Of a DNA stretch of 64,000 nt, positions 46,618 through 57,571 are shown piece by piece; position 1 is the stretch's first letter, and the number at the start of each line of letters is the position of its first letter. This DNA comes from an uncultured Prochlorococcus sp. Its GTDB lineage: Bacteria > Cyanobacteriota > Cyanobacteriia > PCC-6307 > Cyanobiaceae. The notes under the pieces were generated by a model. That model was not told the origin of the DNA. It saw only the letters and a program-made list of their open reading frames with translations, and did not search any database. Location of the stretch: NCBI GenBank assembly GCA_902525585.1, contig CABZHQ010000003.1, positions 545-64,544 of the forward strand. The letters run 5' to 3'. A program made the position numbers and the translations under genes.

Positions 46618-47451
46618 CTAAAAAAATTTTTCTTCTTCACGAATTTCACCAGATTCTGAATACCATCGATGAGAAACATGACTTAATCCCATCTTTTTAA
46701 ACTCAATCCATGAAAAGTTAATTAGTAACTTCCCATCTTCATCAGTTTTATATCTTGGCACCACAGCAGTGTTGAAATAAATTGTTCCTTTGCTATCAAT
46801 TTTAAACATCTCTCTTAAACCAAGATTTCTTTTAAGCCGGTTGTGCATATGACCAAAAATTACAAGATCAACTTTTCTTTTCTTTTGTATTTGAGAAATA
46901 GCCACAGACAAATCTCTATCTCCCCAATCTAATGAGGGTAATTTCCAGTCTTTCCCGCAAATGCTTTTAGGTTCTGAGCCTAAACCCGATGGGCCAGCAT
47001 GAGACATAATTATTAAAGGAATATCTTCGACACTCTCTTCTGAACATTTGATAATTTTATTTATTGAATCTTGTTCGGTGATAGGTCCATAAACACCTTT
47101 AACTTCTTTCGAAAGATAATAGCCACCGCCAGAACTACATGGTCTAGCAGACAATAAATTTATTTGATTATCAAAAACTTTCAAATCCCATGCACAATAT
47201 TTTTCACCAAGAACACGTATCTGCTTTGAGAGAGTTTCGCCTGTAGAATCTTTCCCTCTATCATGATTCCCTAAAATCACAAAAGTAGGAATTTTGATCT
47301 CATTGATTTTTTTAATTATTTTGACACTCCCATCAGAAATATCACCAACAAATAAAACAATATTTGGGTTGATAATCGATAAAACTTTCAAGTCTAATTC
47401 AGACCATTGACCATGACAGTCACCAACAATAGCAATTTTTAAATTTGTCAG
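46618..47451 (-). CDS. TIGR04168-like metallophosphoesterase
   Basis: GDCH (upstream of the track start), GD, GNHD, GHMH; frame open to CTG at 47451. Confidence 0.8.
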   Translation of the reverse strand: MTNLKIAIVGDCHGQWSELDLKVLSIINPNIVLFVGDISDGSVKIIKKINEIKIPTFVILGNHDRGKDSTGETLSKQIRVLGEKYCAWDLKVFDNQINLLSARPCSSGGGYYLSKEVKGVYGPITEQDSINKIIKCSEESVEDIPLIIMSHAGPSGLGSEPKSICGKDWKLPSLDWGDRDLSVAISQIQKKRKVDLVIFGHMHNRLKRNLGLREMFKIDSKGTIYFNTAVVPRYKTDEDGKLLINFSWIEFKKMGLSHVSHRWYSESGEIREEEKFF

Positions 47452-47554
47452 AATTTTTTCTGTTTAAAGGCATATAATCTATTTAGAGATATTCTAAATC
47501 CTGACCAGTATAACTTCTACTGCAAAACAGAAATCATTTCAAAACGAAGAGGAT

Positions 47555-48469
47555 TTGATTTCTGAAATAAAGGAGCGTTGCAAAAAAGCTAATGCAATTA
47601 TTCTTGCGCATTATTATCAAGCTCCAGAGATTCAGGAAATTGCGGATTTTATTGGGGATTCATTAGATCTATCTAGGAAAGCTGCTAATAATGATGCGGA
47701 TATAATAATTTTTTGCGGCGTGCACTTCATGGCCGAAACCGCAAAAATACTTAGCCCTAATAAAACAGTCCTATTACCAGATATTGACGCAGGATGCTCA
47801 TTAGCAGATGATTGTCCCTCAGATAAATTTCAAAAGTTCAGGGAAGAAAATCCAGATCACTATGTTGTAAGTTATATAAATTGTACTGCAGAAGTAAAAG
47901 CTCAAAGTGATCTGATATGTACAAGCAGTAATGCAGTCTCATTAATTAAAAAGATACCTGAAGATAAAAAGATAATATTTGCTCCAGATCAGAACCTTGG
48001 GAGATGGGTAAAGAAAAATTCAGGAAGAGATCTTAAATTATGGCCTGGCAGCTGCATTGTTCATGAATCATTTAGTGAAGAAGCACTTCTAAAACTAAAA
48101 TTTCAAAATCCAGGATCAAAAGTCATTGCTCATCCTGAATGTAGTCAAAATTTACTAAATCTCTCAGACTTTATTGGATCAACAAGTAAGCTGCTTGATT
48201 TCGTAAGTAAAGATTCATCTAAAACTTACATGGTACTAACTGAACCTGGAATAATTCATCAAATGAAAAAGAAAGAACCAAACAAAATTTTTATTGAAGT
48301 CCCCGACATAGAAGGTTGTAAATGTAACGAGTGTCCATATATGAAATTAAATACTTTAGAAAAAATTCTAGATTGTTTGAAAAACAATTCACCATCTATC
48401 GAACTTGACCCAGAAATAATAAGAAAAGCCTATGTACCGATAAAGAGAATGCTGGATATGAGTAATTAA
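47555..48469 (+). CDS. nadA: Quinolinate synthase
   Basis: LAHYYQ, FCGVHFMAE, AGCSLA, AHPEC, CPYMK. Confidence 0.96.
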   Translation: MISEIKERCKKANAIILAHYYQAPEIQEIADFIGDSLDLSRKAANNDADIIIFCGVHFMAETAKILSPNKTVLLPDIDAGCSLADDCPSDKFQKFREENPDHYVVSYINCTAEVKAQSDLICTSSNAVSLIKKIPEDKKIIFAPDQNLGRWVKKNSGRDLKLWPGSCIVHESFSEEALLKLKFQNPGSKVIAHPECSQNLLNLSDFIGSTSKLLDFVSKDSSKTYMVLTEPGIIHQMKKKEPNKIFIEVPDIEGCKCNECPYMKLNTLEKILDCLKNNSPSIELDPEIIRKAYVPIKRMLDMSN

Positions 48470-49800
48470 TTTAATGCAAATACTTTATTTTCCTTATTAA
48501 TTTTTAGGAATGCATTAAGGTTTGTAGTGTTTGGATTAAATTCACTTACCTGATTATTTCTTTTAATTATATTTACTAGCTCTTTTTCACCAGCTCTATA
48601 TTGTTTATCTTTTCTAGTTCCAATTTCTCTTTGAAGAATAGGGTTTATATTCATTTTTACTTCTATGTCTGGAATAATTCCAGATTTGTTTATATCAGTG
48701 CCGTTCGGAGTTAAATACTTAGCGACTGTAACAGTTAGACCTGAACCATCAACTAAAGTTCTCATAGATTGAACTAGACCTTTACCAAACGTTTTCTTAC
48801 CAACTAATTTTCCTCTTTTGTTATCTTTTATTGCACCTGAGACTATTTCACTAGCACTTGCAGAGCCCTCATTAACTAAAACAACTAAGGGCTTTTTTGT
48901 TAGAGCTTGACCGTTTCCTTTTTTTGTTTCTTTTAAACCATCTTTACTTACTGTACTTACTATTACTCCTTTGTTAATGAAATGCCTTGAGATATCAATA
49001 CTTGATTCTAATAAACCTCCTGGATTGCTTCTTAAATCAAGAACATATCCTGCGACTTTTTTTGTTTCTAAATCCTTAATAGCATCTCTAGTCTCTTTTG
49101 ATGCATTTGCATTAAACTGTTTAATTCTTACATAGCCAATTAATAAGCCGTTTTTGGTTTGATTGACTTTACTTGATACAGATTTAATTTCAATTTTTTC
49201 TCTTGATAAAACCTTAAAAAAGGAATTAGAACCTCTAAGAATTTCAAGCTTTACTTTAGTACCTCTTTGTCCTCTAATTAATTTCACCGCCTCCTCAATA
49301 TTCATACCTTCAGTAGAAATATCATCTATAGACAATATTTTATCTCTAGCTTTAATTCCAGCATCAAATGCAGGAGTGCCCTCTATAGGAGAAATGATTA
49401 TTAAATCATCAGATTCTTTATCTTTAACTATTTGGATACCAACTCCAGTTAATTCACCAGAGGTATCTATTCTCATTTGATTAAATTCCTTAGGTTCTAA
49501 AAATCTTGTATAAGAATCATCTAAATTAGAAAGCATATCTCTAATCGCATCATATGCTTCATTGCTGTCTGAATATGTTTTTGATAAAACTTCTTTTCTT
49601 AGATTGATCCAATTGGACTTTTGAAATTTGCCGCTTGAATCAAGAAAATCTCTATATACAATTTGCCAAACATGATCAATTACTTCTTTATAACTATTAT
49701 TTAAAACTGTTGCCTCTGCAAAATTATTTAAAAATAGTCCAGAAAAGGATGTCGCAAACAGAAATATAAATTTTTTTTTAAGCAATTTTTTTATCTTCAA
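48466..49800 (-). CDS. ctpA: C-terminal processing protease (S41)
   Basis: PDZ domain, DLRSNPGG, SASASEI, TFGKG. Confidence 0.9.
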   Translation of the reverse strand: MKIKKLLKKKFIFLFATSFSGLFLNNFAEATVLNNSYKEVIDHVWQIVYRDFLDSSGKFQKSNWINLRKEVLSKTYSDSNEAYDAIRDMLSNLDDSYTRFLEPKEFNQMRIDTSGELTGVGIQIVKDKESDDLIIISPIEGTPAFDAGIKARDKILSIDDISTEGMNIEEAVKLIRGQRGTKVKLEILRGSNSFFKVLSREKIEIKSVSSKVNQTKNGLLIGYVRIKQFNANASKETRDAIKDLETKKVAGYVLDLRSNPGGLLESSIDISRHFINKGVIVSTVSKDGLKETKKGNGQALTKKPLVVLVNEGSASASEIVSGAIKDNKRGKLVGKKTFGKGLVQSMRTLVDGSGLTVTVAKYLTPNGTDINKSGIIPDIEVKMNINPILQREIGTRKDKQYRAGEKELVNIIKRNNQVSEFNPNTTNLNAFLKINKENKVFALN

Positions 49801-49863
49801 AAAACTCGATATTTTTTTTATTATAAAAAGAATTTATTTATATTTCAAAATTTTGACAACTCC

Positions 49864-51081
49864 TTAAGGATCAATCCACTTTCCATCATCCTTAATAAGT
49901 TGGATTAAAGCATTAACTCCCTCATCTTCAGGTACTCTTTTTATCTCTTCTTTCCTTCTATATAAGGCAATAGTTCCTTTACCTTTTCCAACATAACCAT
50001 AATCAGCATCTGCCATTTCTCCTGGCCCATTAACAATACATCCCATTATTGCTATATCTAGACCCGTTAAATGTGAGGTGGCGTTCCTAACTTTATCTAC
50101 AACTTCTTCTAGATTGAAAAGTGTTCTACCGCAACTAGGACAACTGATGTATTCAACCATTGTTTTTCTTAATCCTAAAGATTGCAAAATTGAATAGCAC
50201 ACTGGTATTTCCTTTTCTGGAGCTTCTGTTAAAGAAACCCTGATGGTATCTCCTAATCCCTCTGCTAAAAGCGTTCCAATTCCAGCAGTACTTTTAATCC
50301 TTCCATAATCACCATCACCAGCTTCGGTCACTCCTAAATGTAAGGGATAGTTATATCCTTCTGAGTCAAGCCTATCTGCAATCATTCTGTAAGCTGCCAT
50401 CATGACCGGAGCCCTAGAAGCTTTCATAGAAATAATTATGTTATGAAAATCAAGCTCATCACAAATTTTGACGAACTCCATCGCAGATTCTGTCATTCCT
50501 AAAGGCGTATCTCCATAAGTAAAAAGCATCCTCTCAGATAGAGACCCATGATTAACTCCAATCCTTAGAGCTTTGTTTTCAGCCTTTAAAACTTCAACTA
50601 AAGGGGTAAATCTTTTAAGTATTGTTTGCTTGATAGTTTCAAATTCCTCATCTGTATATTCAGTTCTTGTAGGGTCTGATTTTTCAAAAACAAACAATCC
50701 AGGATTAATTCTTACTTTATCAACATGTTTTGCAACTTCCATTGCGATTTTCATACCATTATGGTGAACATCAGCCACCAAGGGGGTATTGATATTATTT
50801 TCTAGTAATTTAGCCTTTATATCTCCTACTGCTTTTGCATGTGCTAAGGAAGGGACAGTTAACCTTACTATTTCACAACCCACATCATGAAGTCTTTTGA
50901 TAGCTAAGTAAGCATTTTCGACATCCATCGTATCTTCATTTATCATCGATTGAACTCTTACTGGATAATCACTTCCAATAGCTATATCACCCACCATTAC
51001 TGTTCTAGTTATCCTTCTCTCAATATGAGTTGAATATCTTTTGGAGAGACTATTAACCTCTTTTGATTGAGTTAATGACAT
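49864..51081 (-). CDS. ispG: HMBPP synthase
   Basis: [33 protein letters not shown]. Confidence 0.97.
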   Translation of the reverse strand: MSLTQSKEVNSLSKRYSTHIERRITRTVMVGDIAIGSDYPVRVQSMINEDTMDVENAYLAIKRLHDVGCEIVRLTVPSLAHAKAVGDIKAKLLENNINTPLVADVHHNGMKIAMEVAKHVDKVRINPGLFVFEKSDPTRTEYTDEEFETIKQTILKRFTPLVEVLKAENKALRIGVNHGSLSERMLFTYGDTPLGMTESAMEFVKICDELDFHNIIISMKASRAPVMMAAYRMIADRLDSEGYNYPLHLGVTEAGDGDYGRIKSTAGIGTLLAEGLGDTIRVSLTEAPEKEIPVCYSILQSLGLRKTMVEYISCPSCGRTLFNLEEVVDKVRNATSHLTGLDIAIMGCIVNGPGEMADADYGYVGKGKGTIALYRRKEEIKRVPEDEGVNALIQLIKDDGKWIDP

Positions 51082-51116
51082 TAAAATTCTTGATATTCAA
51101 AAAGGATTTCACTAAA

Positions 51117-51620
51117 TTATACGGCATATAGTTTACCACTTACATTCTCTAGGTCTTTCAAAGTTAGATGGTAAGGTTTATTGATTTCTTTTGAAGGAAA
51201 TCTCAACAAATAAGATGGATGAAAAATTACCATAATTTCTCTCCCATCTTTTTTAATCCATTGACCTCTTAAATTACTTATAGGATCTTTAACTTCTAAA
51301 ATAGCTCTCATAGCAGTTGAACCAGTAAGTAATATAAATTTTGGATCAACTAGCTTTATTTGCTGTAATAACCAGGGTTTATGAATATTAATTTCTATAG
51401 CAGTGGGTTTTCTATTATTTGGTGGACGACATTTTATTACATTACAAAAATAAACATCCTTCTTATAATCAATCCCAGCTTGTATTAATAATTCATTTAA
51501 TAGCTTACCAGATTTACCTACATAAGGTTTTCCTTCTAAATCTTCCTGTGCTCCAGGTGCCTCACCAATTATTAACAAATCTGCAAATACACTTCCTCTC
51601 CCAATTACTAACCTTTTCAC
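51117..51620 (-). CDS. Uracil-DNA glycosylase family 4
   Basis: GEAPG, KCRPP.NR, HPSY. Confidence 0.9.
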   Translation of the reverse strand: MKRLVIGRGSVFADLLIIGEAPGAQEDLEGKPYVGKSGKLLNELLIQAGIDYKKDVYFCNVIKCRPPNNRKPTAIEINIHKPWLLQQIKLVDPKFILLTGSTAMRAILEVKDPISNLRGQWIKKDGREIMVIFHPSYLLRFPSKEINKPYHLTLKDLENVSGKLYAV

Positions 51621-51763
51621 CGAAAATAAAACTTCAAATATATTTATCTTAAGAACTCAAAACATGAAAATAAAATAGATTAAGAAAATGAACTAAATTA
51701 AACCATAGTGTGATAGTTTTATTTATTCTTAATTTATGCATTTGTCATTATTAAAAGTCATAT

Positions 51764-52960
51764 TTGAAAAGTCATAAGTCAATGAGTCAAGTTAATTTAT
51801 CTGATCGGGCACTTTCAATTGAGCCTTCTCTTACATTGCAGATAAGTGCAAAAGCAAATCAATTATCTGCAGAAGGAGTAGATATTTGCAATTTAAGTGC
51901 AGGAGAACCTGATTTTGATGCCCCAAAAGAAGTTATAGAGGCTACAAGTAAAGCTATATTTGATGGATTCACAAAGTACGGGCCCGCAGCGGGGAATTTA
52001 GATCTCCGAGAAGCAATTGCAAATAAACTTCAAATTCAAAACGATTTAAATTATGAATTTGAAAATGTAATGGTCACAAATGGTGCTAAGCAAGCAATAT
52101 ATAATCTTTTCCAAGTCTTGTTAAATAATGGAGACGAAGTTATTATTCCTTCTCCATATTGGTTAAGTTATCCCCAGATGGTTAGATTGGCGGGTGGGAA
52201 GCCAATTTTTACAAATTCTTCTGCAGAAGATGGATTCAAAATAAATATAGAAGATCTGAAGTCTAAAATCTCTACAAAAACTAAATTTATAATTATCAAT
52301 TCTCCCAATAATCCAACTGGAAGAGTTATGTCAAAGGAAGAATTATTACAAATTGCCGATTTAGCTAGAAAAAATCCAAATATCAATATTCTTTCTGATG
52401 AGATTTACGAACTAATCCTTAAAAAAGAATTTAAACACTACAGTTTATCTTCATTAGCAAATGACTTAAAAGATAGGATTTTTATAATAAATGGGTTTGC
52501 GAAAGGATGGGCTATGACTGGCTGGAGGATAGGTTATTTAGTAGGTCCCAAAGATGTAATAAAAGCATCCTCAGCATTACAAAGTCAAAGTACAAGTAAT
52601 GTTTGCTCTTTTGTTCAAAAAGGTGCTTTAGAGGCTTTAAAAATTAATAATGAGTTTTTCTCAATGATAAATAGCCATTATGATCAAAGAAGAAGACTTC
52701 TCTATGAGGGCCTTAATAATATAAATGGGATTTATATTGAAGAACCTAACGGAGCATTTTACGCATTTCCAAAATTACCTAACTCCTCAATTACTTCTGT
52801 AGATTTCTGCAATAAAGCTCTTCAAGATTACGGATTAGTTGTTGTACCTGGAAAAGTTTTTGGAGCTGACAAATGTATTAGAATATCTTGTGCAGCTTCA
52901 GAAATAAAAATAAAAGATGGACTACAAAGGATTGAAAAAGCAATCTCTGAGTACTATTAA
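51764..52960 (+). CDS. aspC: Aspartate aminotransferase (class I PLP)
   Basis: GEPDF, NNPTG, DEIY, K.WAMTGWRIG. Confidence 0.88.
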   Translation: MKSHKSMSQVNLSDRALSIEPSLTLQISAKANQLSAEGVDICNLSAGEPDFDAPKEVIEATSKAIFDGFTKYGPAAGNLDLREAIANKLQIQNDLNYEFENVMVTNGAKQAIYNLFQVLLNNGDEVIIPSPYWLSYPQMVRLAGGKPIFTNSSAEDGFKINIEDLKSKISTKTKFIIINSPNNPTGRVMSKEELLQIADLARKNPNINILSDEIYELILKKEFKHYSLSSLANDLKDRIFIINGFAKGWAMTGWRIGYLVGPKDVIKASSALQSQSTSNVCSFVQKGALEALKINNEFFSMINSHYDQRRRLLYEGLNNINGIYIEEPNGAFYAFPKLPNSSITSVDFCNKALQDYGLVVVPGKVFGADKCIRISCAASEIKIKDGLQRIEKAISEYY

Positions 52961-52973
52961 TTGAGACTAAGTT

Positions 52974-53867
52974 ATGTTTAATTTAAAAAATTTCCTATTA
53001 AGTTCATCTATATTTTTTTCTATTTTTTCATCACCTGTATTTTCAAATCCCAAAGTTTTAAAAGTTGGAGCAATACCTGATCAAAACCAAGAAGTTTTGG
53101 ACAAAAGATTTAATTTATTTTCAAAAGAATTATCCAATCAACTTGATGTAAAAGTTAAATACATCCCTGTTATTAATTATGTTGCAGCAGTAACTGGATT
53201 TAGAACTAAAAATTTAGATTTAGTTTGGTTTGGGGGTTTATCAGGAGTTCAAGCCAGAATACAAACTCCTAATTCAATTGTCATAGCTCAAAGAGATATA
53301 GATAAGGAATTTAAAAGTGTTTTTATTGTAAACAAAAATTTAGAACTTAACTCAATTTCAAACATTAAAGGACTTAAAAAACTAAAGAATTTAAGATTTA
53401 CTTTTGGTTCTGAAAACTCAACTTCTGGAAGATTAATGCCAGAATATTTTTTAAATCGAGCGGGTGTAGAAATTAAACATTTTAAAGGAAAAAAAGCAGG
53501 TTTTAGTGGGAGTCATGATGCCACTATAGCTTTAGTTAATAGTGGGGCATTTGATGCTGGAGCTTTAAATAAACAAGTTTGGGAAAACAATCTTAAAAAT
53601 AATCCCAAAAGAACAAGTAATTTAGAATTATTCTGGATCACCCCAGAATATTTTGACTATCATTGGGTAGCTCAAGGGGATCTTGAAAATAGATTCGGGG
53701 AAGGGTTTATAAAAAAACTTAAATCAGTAATTCTAAATTTAGATGTAAATAATAATTCACATAAACAGATTTTAGATATGTTCAATGCAAAAAGATTTAT
53801 AAATGCAGAAGCAAAACAGTATAAAAATATAGAGGAAATCGGGAGGAAATTAAATAAAATTAGATGA
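52974..53867 (+). CDS. phnD: Core PhnD-like ABC substrate-binding protein
   Basis: AIPDQ, WFGGLSG, STSGRLMP, SGSHD. Confidence 0.85.
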   Translation: MFNLKNFLLSSSIFFSIFSSPVFSNPKVLKVGAIPDQNQEVLDKRFNLFSKELSNQLDVKVKYIPVINYVAAVTGFRTKNLDLVWFGGLSGVQARIQTPNSIVIAQRDIDKEFKSVFIVNKNLELNSISNIKGLKKLKNLRFTFGSENSTSGRLMPEYFLNRAGVEIKHFKGKKAGFSGSHDATIALVNSGAFDAGALNKQVWENNLKNNPKRTSNLELFWITPEYFDYHWVAQGDLENRFGEGFIKKLKSVILNLDVNNNSHKQILDMFNAKRFINAEAKQYKNIEEIGRKLNKIR

Positions 53868-54604
53868 ATAACACTCTCTTAGAATTAAAAAATATATCTT
53901 ACAAATACAAAAATAATCTGATCCTAAATAAAGTAAATTTAAAAATAAATTCAGGAGAGAAAATTGCACTTTTAGGTAAAAGCGGTTCAGGAAAAACTAC
54001 ACTTATATCAGTACTTAATGGCACTATCAAGCCAACTCAAGGTGAGGTTAAATTATTCAATAAAAGTTTTGAGGAATTAGATAGAAAGCAGAAAAGTAAG
54101 ATAACAACTATTTGGCAAGATTTAAGATTAATAGAAGATCTCTCTGCAGAACAAAATGTTAATTGTGGACTACTAGCGGAAAACAATTTTTATTTCGCTT
54201 TAAAAAATTTGCTAAATATAAGTTCTTTTAAGAAGGCACATAAATATATGCAATTATGTAGACTTCATAACTCTGTTTACGACAAAAAAATCAGAAAACT
54301 ATCTGGGGGGCAAAAACAAAGGGTGGCTATAGCTAGATCATTAATTCAAGGATCAAAAATATTACTTGCAGATGAGCCTTTTAATAATTTAGATCCCAAA
54401 TTGATAACAACAATCAAAAACCTGCTGCTAGAAAATGTAGATAAAAATAATACAAAAAAATCCACAAAGACGGCATTAGTTGCTTTACATAGATTAGATT
54501 TGCTGAAGGATTTCGATAAAGTTATTGGAATAAGGGATGGTAAAATTTTTTTCAATATTAAAAGAAATAACTTAAAGAAGCTTCATTTAGACAAAATATA
54601 TTAA
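53864..54604 (+). CDS. phnC: Core PhnC-like ABC ATPase
   Basis: GKSGSGKT, LSGGQKQRV, ADEP. Confidence 0.85.
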   Translation: MNNTLLELKNISYKYKNNLILNKVNLKINSGEKIALLGKSGSGKTTLISVLNGTIKPTQGEVKLFNKSFEELDRKQKSKITTIWQDLRLIEDLSAEQNVNCGLLAENNFYFALKNLLNISSFKKAHKYMQLCRLHNSVYDKKIRKLSGGQKQRVAIARSLIQGSKILLADEPFNNLDPKLITTIKNLLLENVDKNNTKKSTKTALVALHRLDLLKDFDKVIGIRDGKIFFNIKRNNLKKLHLDKIY

Positions 54605-54608
54605 TTAG

Positions 54609-56111
54609 TTGAATAAATTAAAATTAAACTATACCTCATTATCTTTTCTTCCAATTTTGGTTTGCATACCTCTAGGGTATCAATTAATAAACAATATTCA
54701 TTTTGGAGGATTTAAATTATTCCAAGAATTCTTAATTTCTGCATTTAATCCTAGGATCGATAATGAAATTATTTTTACCGTAATTAATCGATTAAATGAA
54801 ACTATCTTAATTGGTTTTTTTAGTTGGTTAGTAAGTATTATTTTTGGAGCAATTTTTGGAATAATATCATCAAATATTTTTTATAAAATCTTTAATATTC
54901 CAAATTTTTTCTACCGCATAATAAGGTTTTTTCTAACAATAATTAGATCTATTCATGAAGTGGTTTGGGGAATATTATTAATGCAAATATATGGCATAAA
55001 TTTTTCAATAGGAATAATAGCTATATGTATTCCTTATATTGCTGTAAATTCAAAAGTTTTTGCTGAACAATTAGAAACTATTGACTACAAAAAATTTGAA
55101 TCTATAAATCAAATAAATGCACCTAAATTTTCTTCTTTATTAACTATGGTATGGAATCCAATAATAAATACATTTAAAAATTTTGGTTTATATCGATTAG
55201 AGTGTTCAATAAGAAGTACAGTCATTTTAGGACTTTTTGGGATTGGAGGAATAGGTACTAGTATTTTTTTATCTTTCCAAACTTTGAACTTTAGGGAGTT
55301 ATGGACTTATTTGTGGTCCTTAGCAATTTTGATAATTCTTTCTGGATTAATATTCAAAAAAATAAAATTTAATACTACAAATAAAATCCTATCTATTTTT
55401 TTTATTGCAATTTTTTTCATAACAATTTTATTTTCTTTTTCATATTTTCTTTATTTTATTTTTAATAATAATTTTGAAAATTTTAATTCCTTAAGTTCTC
55501 TATTTAAATCAAGTTCAGATTTAGGATTATTTGATTTCTTAAAACTTATATTAGAAACAATAATTTTAAGTCTCTTATCATCAGGAATTGCAATTAGTTT
55601 ACCTCCATTAGTAATAGGAATTTTTAACAACAATACTTCAAAATTTTTTATAAAAATTTTTGCATTTTTATTACGTTTAATACCTACACCTGTAATACTT
55701 CTAATTCTATTAACTTTTAATAATCCTTCTTTATCTTTAGCAGCTTTAACATTAGGTCTTCACAACGCTGGCATTACAAGCAAATTACTTTTTACAAATC
55801 TAGAAAGCCAAGACAGGAGAAATTACATTGCAATGAAATCTCTTGGAATCTCAAAAAAGACTAGTTGGCTTTTAGGTTTATTTTCTCAACAAGCAAAAAG
55901 TTATTTAGCATATTGCGCTTATAGATCTGACATTATTATTAGAGAAACTGCAATTGTTGGGGTCATTGGAAGTGTTGGTCTAGGTTGGCAATTGCAAGAT
56001 TCTCTAAGTTCCTTCGCATGGCAAGAAGTTACAATAGTTTTGATAGCTTATAGCTCCATTGCAATAGTTGGCGAATTAGTAAATGGTAAAATCAAAAATA
56101 GTTTAACTTGA
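54609..56111 (+). CDS. phnE: Core PhnE-like fused permease
   Basis: Two YR.E/D..IR...I.G..G..G.G domains. Confidence 0.85.
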   Translation: MNKLKLNYTSLSFLPILVCIPLGYQLINNIHFGGFKLFQEFLISAFNPRIDNEIIFTVINRLNETILIGFFSWLVSIIFGAIFGIISSNIFYKIFNIPNFFYRIIRFFLTIIRSIHEVVWGILLMQIYGINFSIGIIAICIPYIAVNSKVFAEQLETIDYKKFESINQINAPKFSSLLTMVWNPIINTFKNFGLYRLECSIRSTVILGLFGIGGIGTSIFLSFQTLNFRELWTYLWSLAILIILSGLIFKKIKFNTTNKILSIFFIAIFFITILFSFSYFLYFIFNNNFENFNSLSSLFKSSSDLGLFDFLKLILETIILSLLSSGIAISLPPLVIGIFNNNTSKFFIKIFAFLLRLIPTPVILLILLTFNNPSLSLAALTLGLHNAGITSKLLFTNLESQDRRNYIAMKSLGISKKTSWLLGLFSQQAKSYLAYCAYRSDIIIRETAIVGVIGSVGLGWQLQDSLSSFAWQEVTIVLIAYSSIAIVGELVNGKIKNSLT

Positions 56112-56160
56112 TTTGTAAGAATAATTTGTTGAATCAAGTAATTATTTTTTTCCGGTTATA

Positions 56161-56805
56161 GTGATTAGTTTGCCAAAACAGCTCGTTGTAATTGGAGATA
56201 GCTCAGTTTATGGATGGGGAGATAATGAAGGTGGCGGATGGTGTGAGAGACTTAGAAAAGATTGGTGCAACAACCAAAATGGGCCAGTAATTTATCAACT
56301 TGGCGTAAGGGGAGATGGGATAGAAAAAGTTTCATCTAGATGGGAAAAAGAATGGTCATCTAGAGGAGAAACTAGAAGAAATAAACCTAAAGCAATCCTG
56401 CTTAATGTTGGTCTTAACGACACTGCAGCAATTGGTCAGAAAAACGGAAGACATCAATTAGATATAGATGGATTTGAATATGGATTAGAGAGACTTATTA
56501 ATGAAATGAACTCTCAAACAAAAGTCTTTGTTATTGGTTTGACACCTGTTGACGAAAGCAAAATGCCGTTTGCAGGATGTCTATGGTACTCAAATGATTT
56601 TTGTAATTCTTATGAAAGGAGAATGGAGGAAGTATGCCTAAATCAGAATGTCCCATTTCTTCCTACTTTTAGAGAAATGTACTCTGATAAAAGGAGTAAA
56701 AATTGGATTACGCATGATGGGATTCATCTAAATTCCGAAGGTCATTTCTGGCTATTCCAAAGACTGAAGAGCTGGGAGATTCTTATAAAATGGAAGGAAT
56801 CATAA
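56161..56805 (+). CDS. GDSL/SGNH hydrolase
   Basis: GDS, G.RG, GLND, DGIH. Confidence 0.9.
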   Translation: MISLPKQLVVIGDSSVYGWGDNEGGGWCERLRKDWCNNQNGPVIYQLGVRGDGIEKVSSRWEKEWSSRGETRRNKPKAILLNVGLNDTAAIGQKNGRHQLDIDGFEYGLERLINEMNSQTKVFVIGLTPVDESKMPFAGCLWYSNDFCNSYERRMEEVCLNQNVPFLPTFREMYSDKRSKNWITHDGIHLNSEGHFWLFQRLKSWEILIKWKES

Positions 56806-56821
56806 GTCTTTTCAAATATTT

Positions 56822-57565
56822 TTAATTTAAAAAATATGAATATAAAAAAAGAGTAAAGATAGCAAAAGCAGAAGCAATGCTTGTCTGAATAGCATTTACT
56901 AATTCATTACTTAATTTATATTTGTTTTGAAATTTAGCCCCAATAATACTCTCAGAAAGCGTGGCCAAAAAACCTGAAACTGCAACAACTATGAAATGGT
57001 ATTTTGTAGAAATAATTGATAGACGAAACATTACAAAGGCCATAAATATTGATCCCAAAAAACTAGCTAATGTCCCTTCTAAACTGACTCCTCCTTCTGT
57101 TCCTCTATCAACCTTTTTAAGTGAAGTAATTAAATATGTATCCTTCCCAAACCTTTTCCCAATTTCGCTACCAAAAGTATCCGCCAACTTTGCAGCAAAA
57201 CTTGCCGCAAATCCTATTTTAAACATCACTACGTTGGCAGGATTAAATTTAGTCATAATTGCAAGAAATAATCCTGTAGCTGCAGAGCCCCATACATTTT
57301 CAGGACCTCTTCTCCCACCTCTTTTTTCAGCTATTCCTTGTTCTTTTTTAAATTTAAAACCTATTTTAGTAACGAGAGATCCAAATATTAAATAAATTAC
57401 AACTGACATCCATCCCTGCCAAGACAAACAACCCCACAAAATTGTTCCTAAAATACCTGCACTAATCCAACCACCTTTTGTCATCAAAGGAATCTTGCAA
57501 AATACATAAATCAAAATGAAATTAATAAAAAAACCTATAAAAAATTGATTTCTAATTAAATCCAT
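56822..57565 (-). CDS. DUF92 (TIGR00297-like) membrane protein
   Basis: RGPENVWGS, ADTFGSEIG, GTEGGVSLEGT. Confidence 0.88.
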   Translation of the reverse strand: MDLIRNQFFIGFFINFILIYVFCKIPLMTKGGWISAGILGTILWGCLSWQGWMSVVIYLIFGSLVTKIGFKFKKEQGIAEKRGGRRGPENVWGSAATGLFLAIMTKFNPANVVMFKIGFAASFAAKLADTFGSEIGKRFGKDTYLITSLKKVDRGTEGGVSLEGTLASFLGSIFMAFVMFRLSIISTKYHFIVVAVSGFLATLSESIIGAKFQNKYKLSNELVNAIQTSIASAFAIFTLFLYSYFLN

Positions 57566-57571
57566 ATTTAT

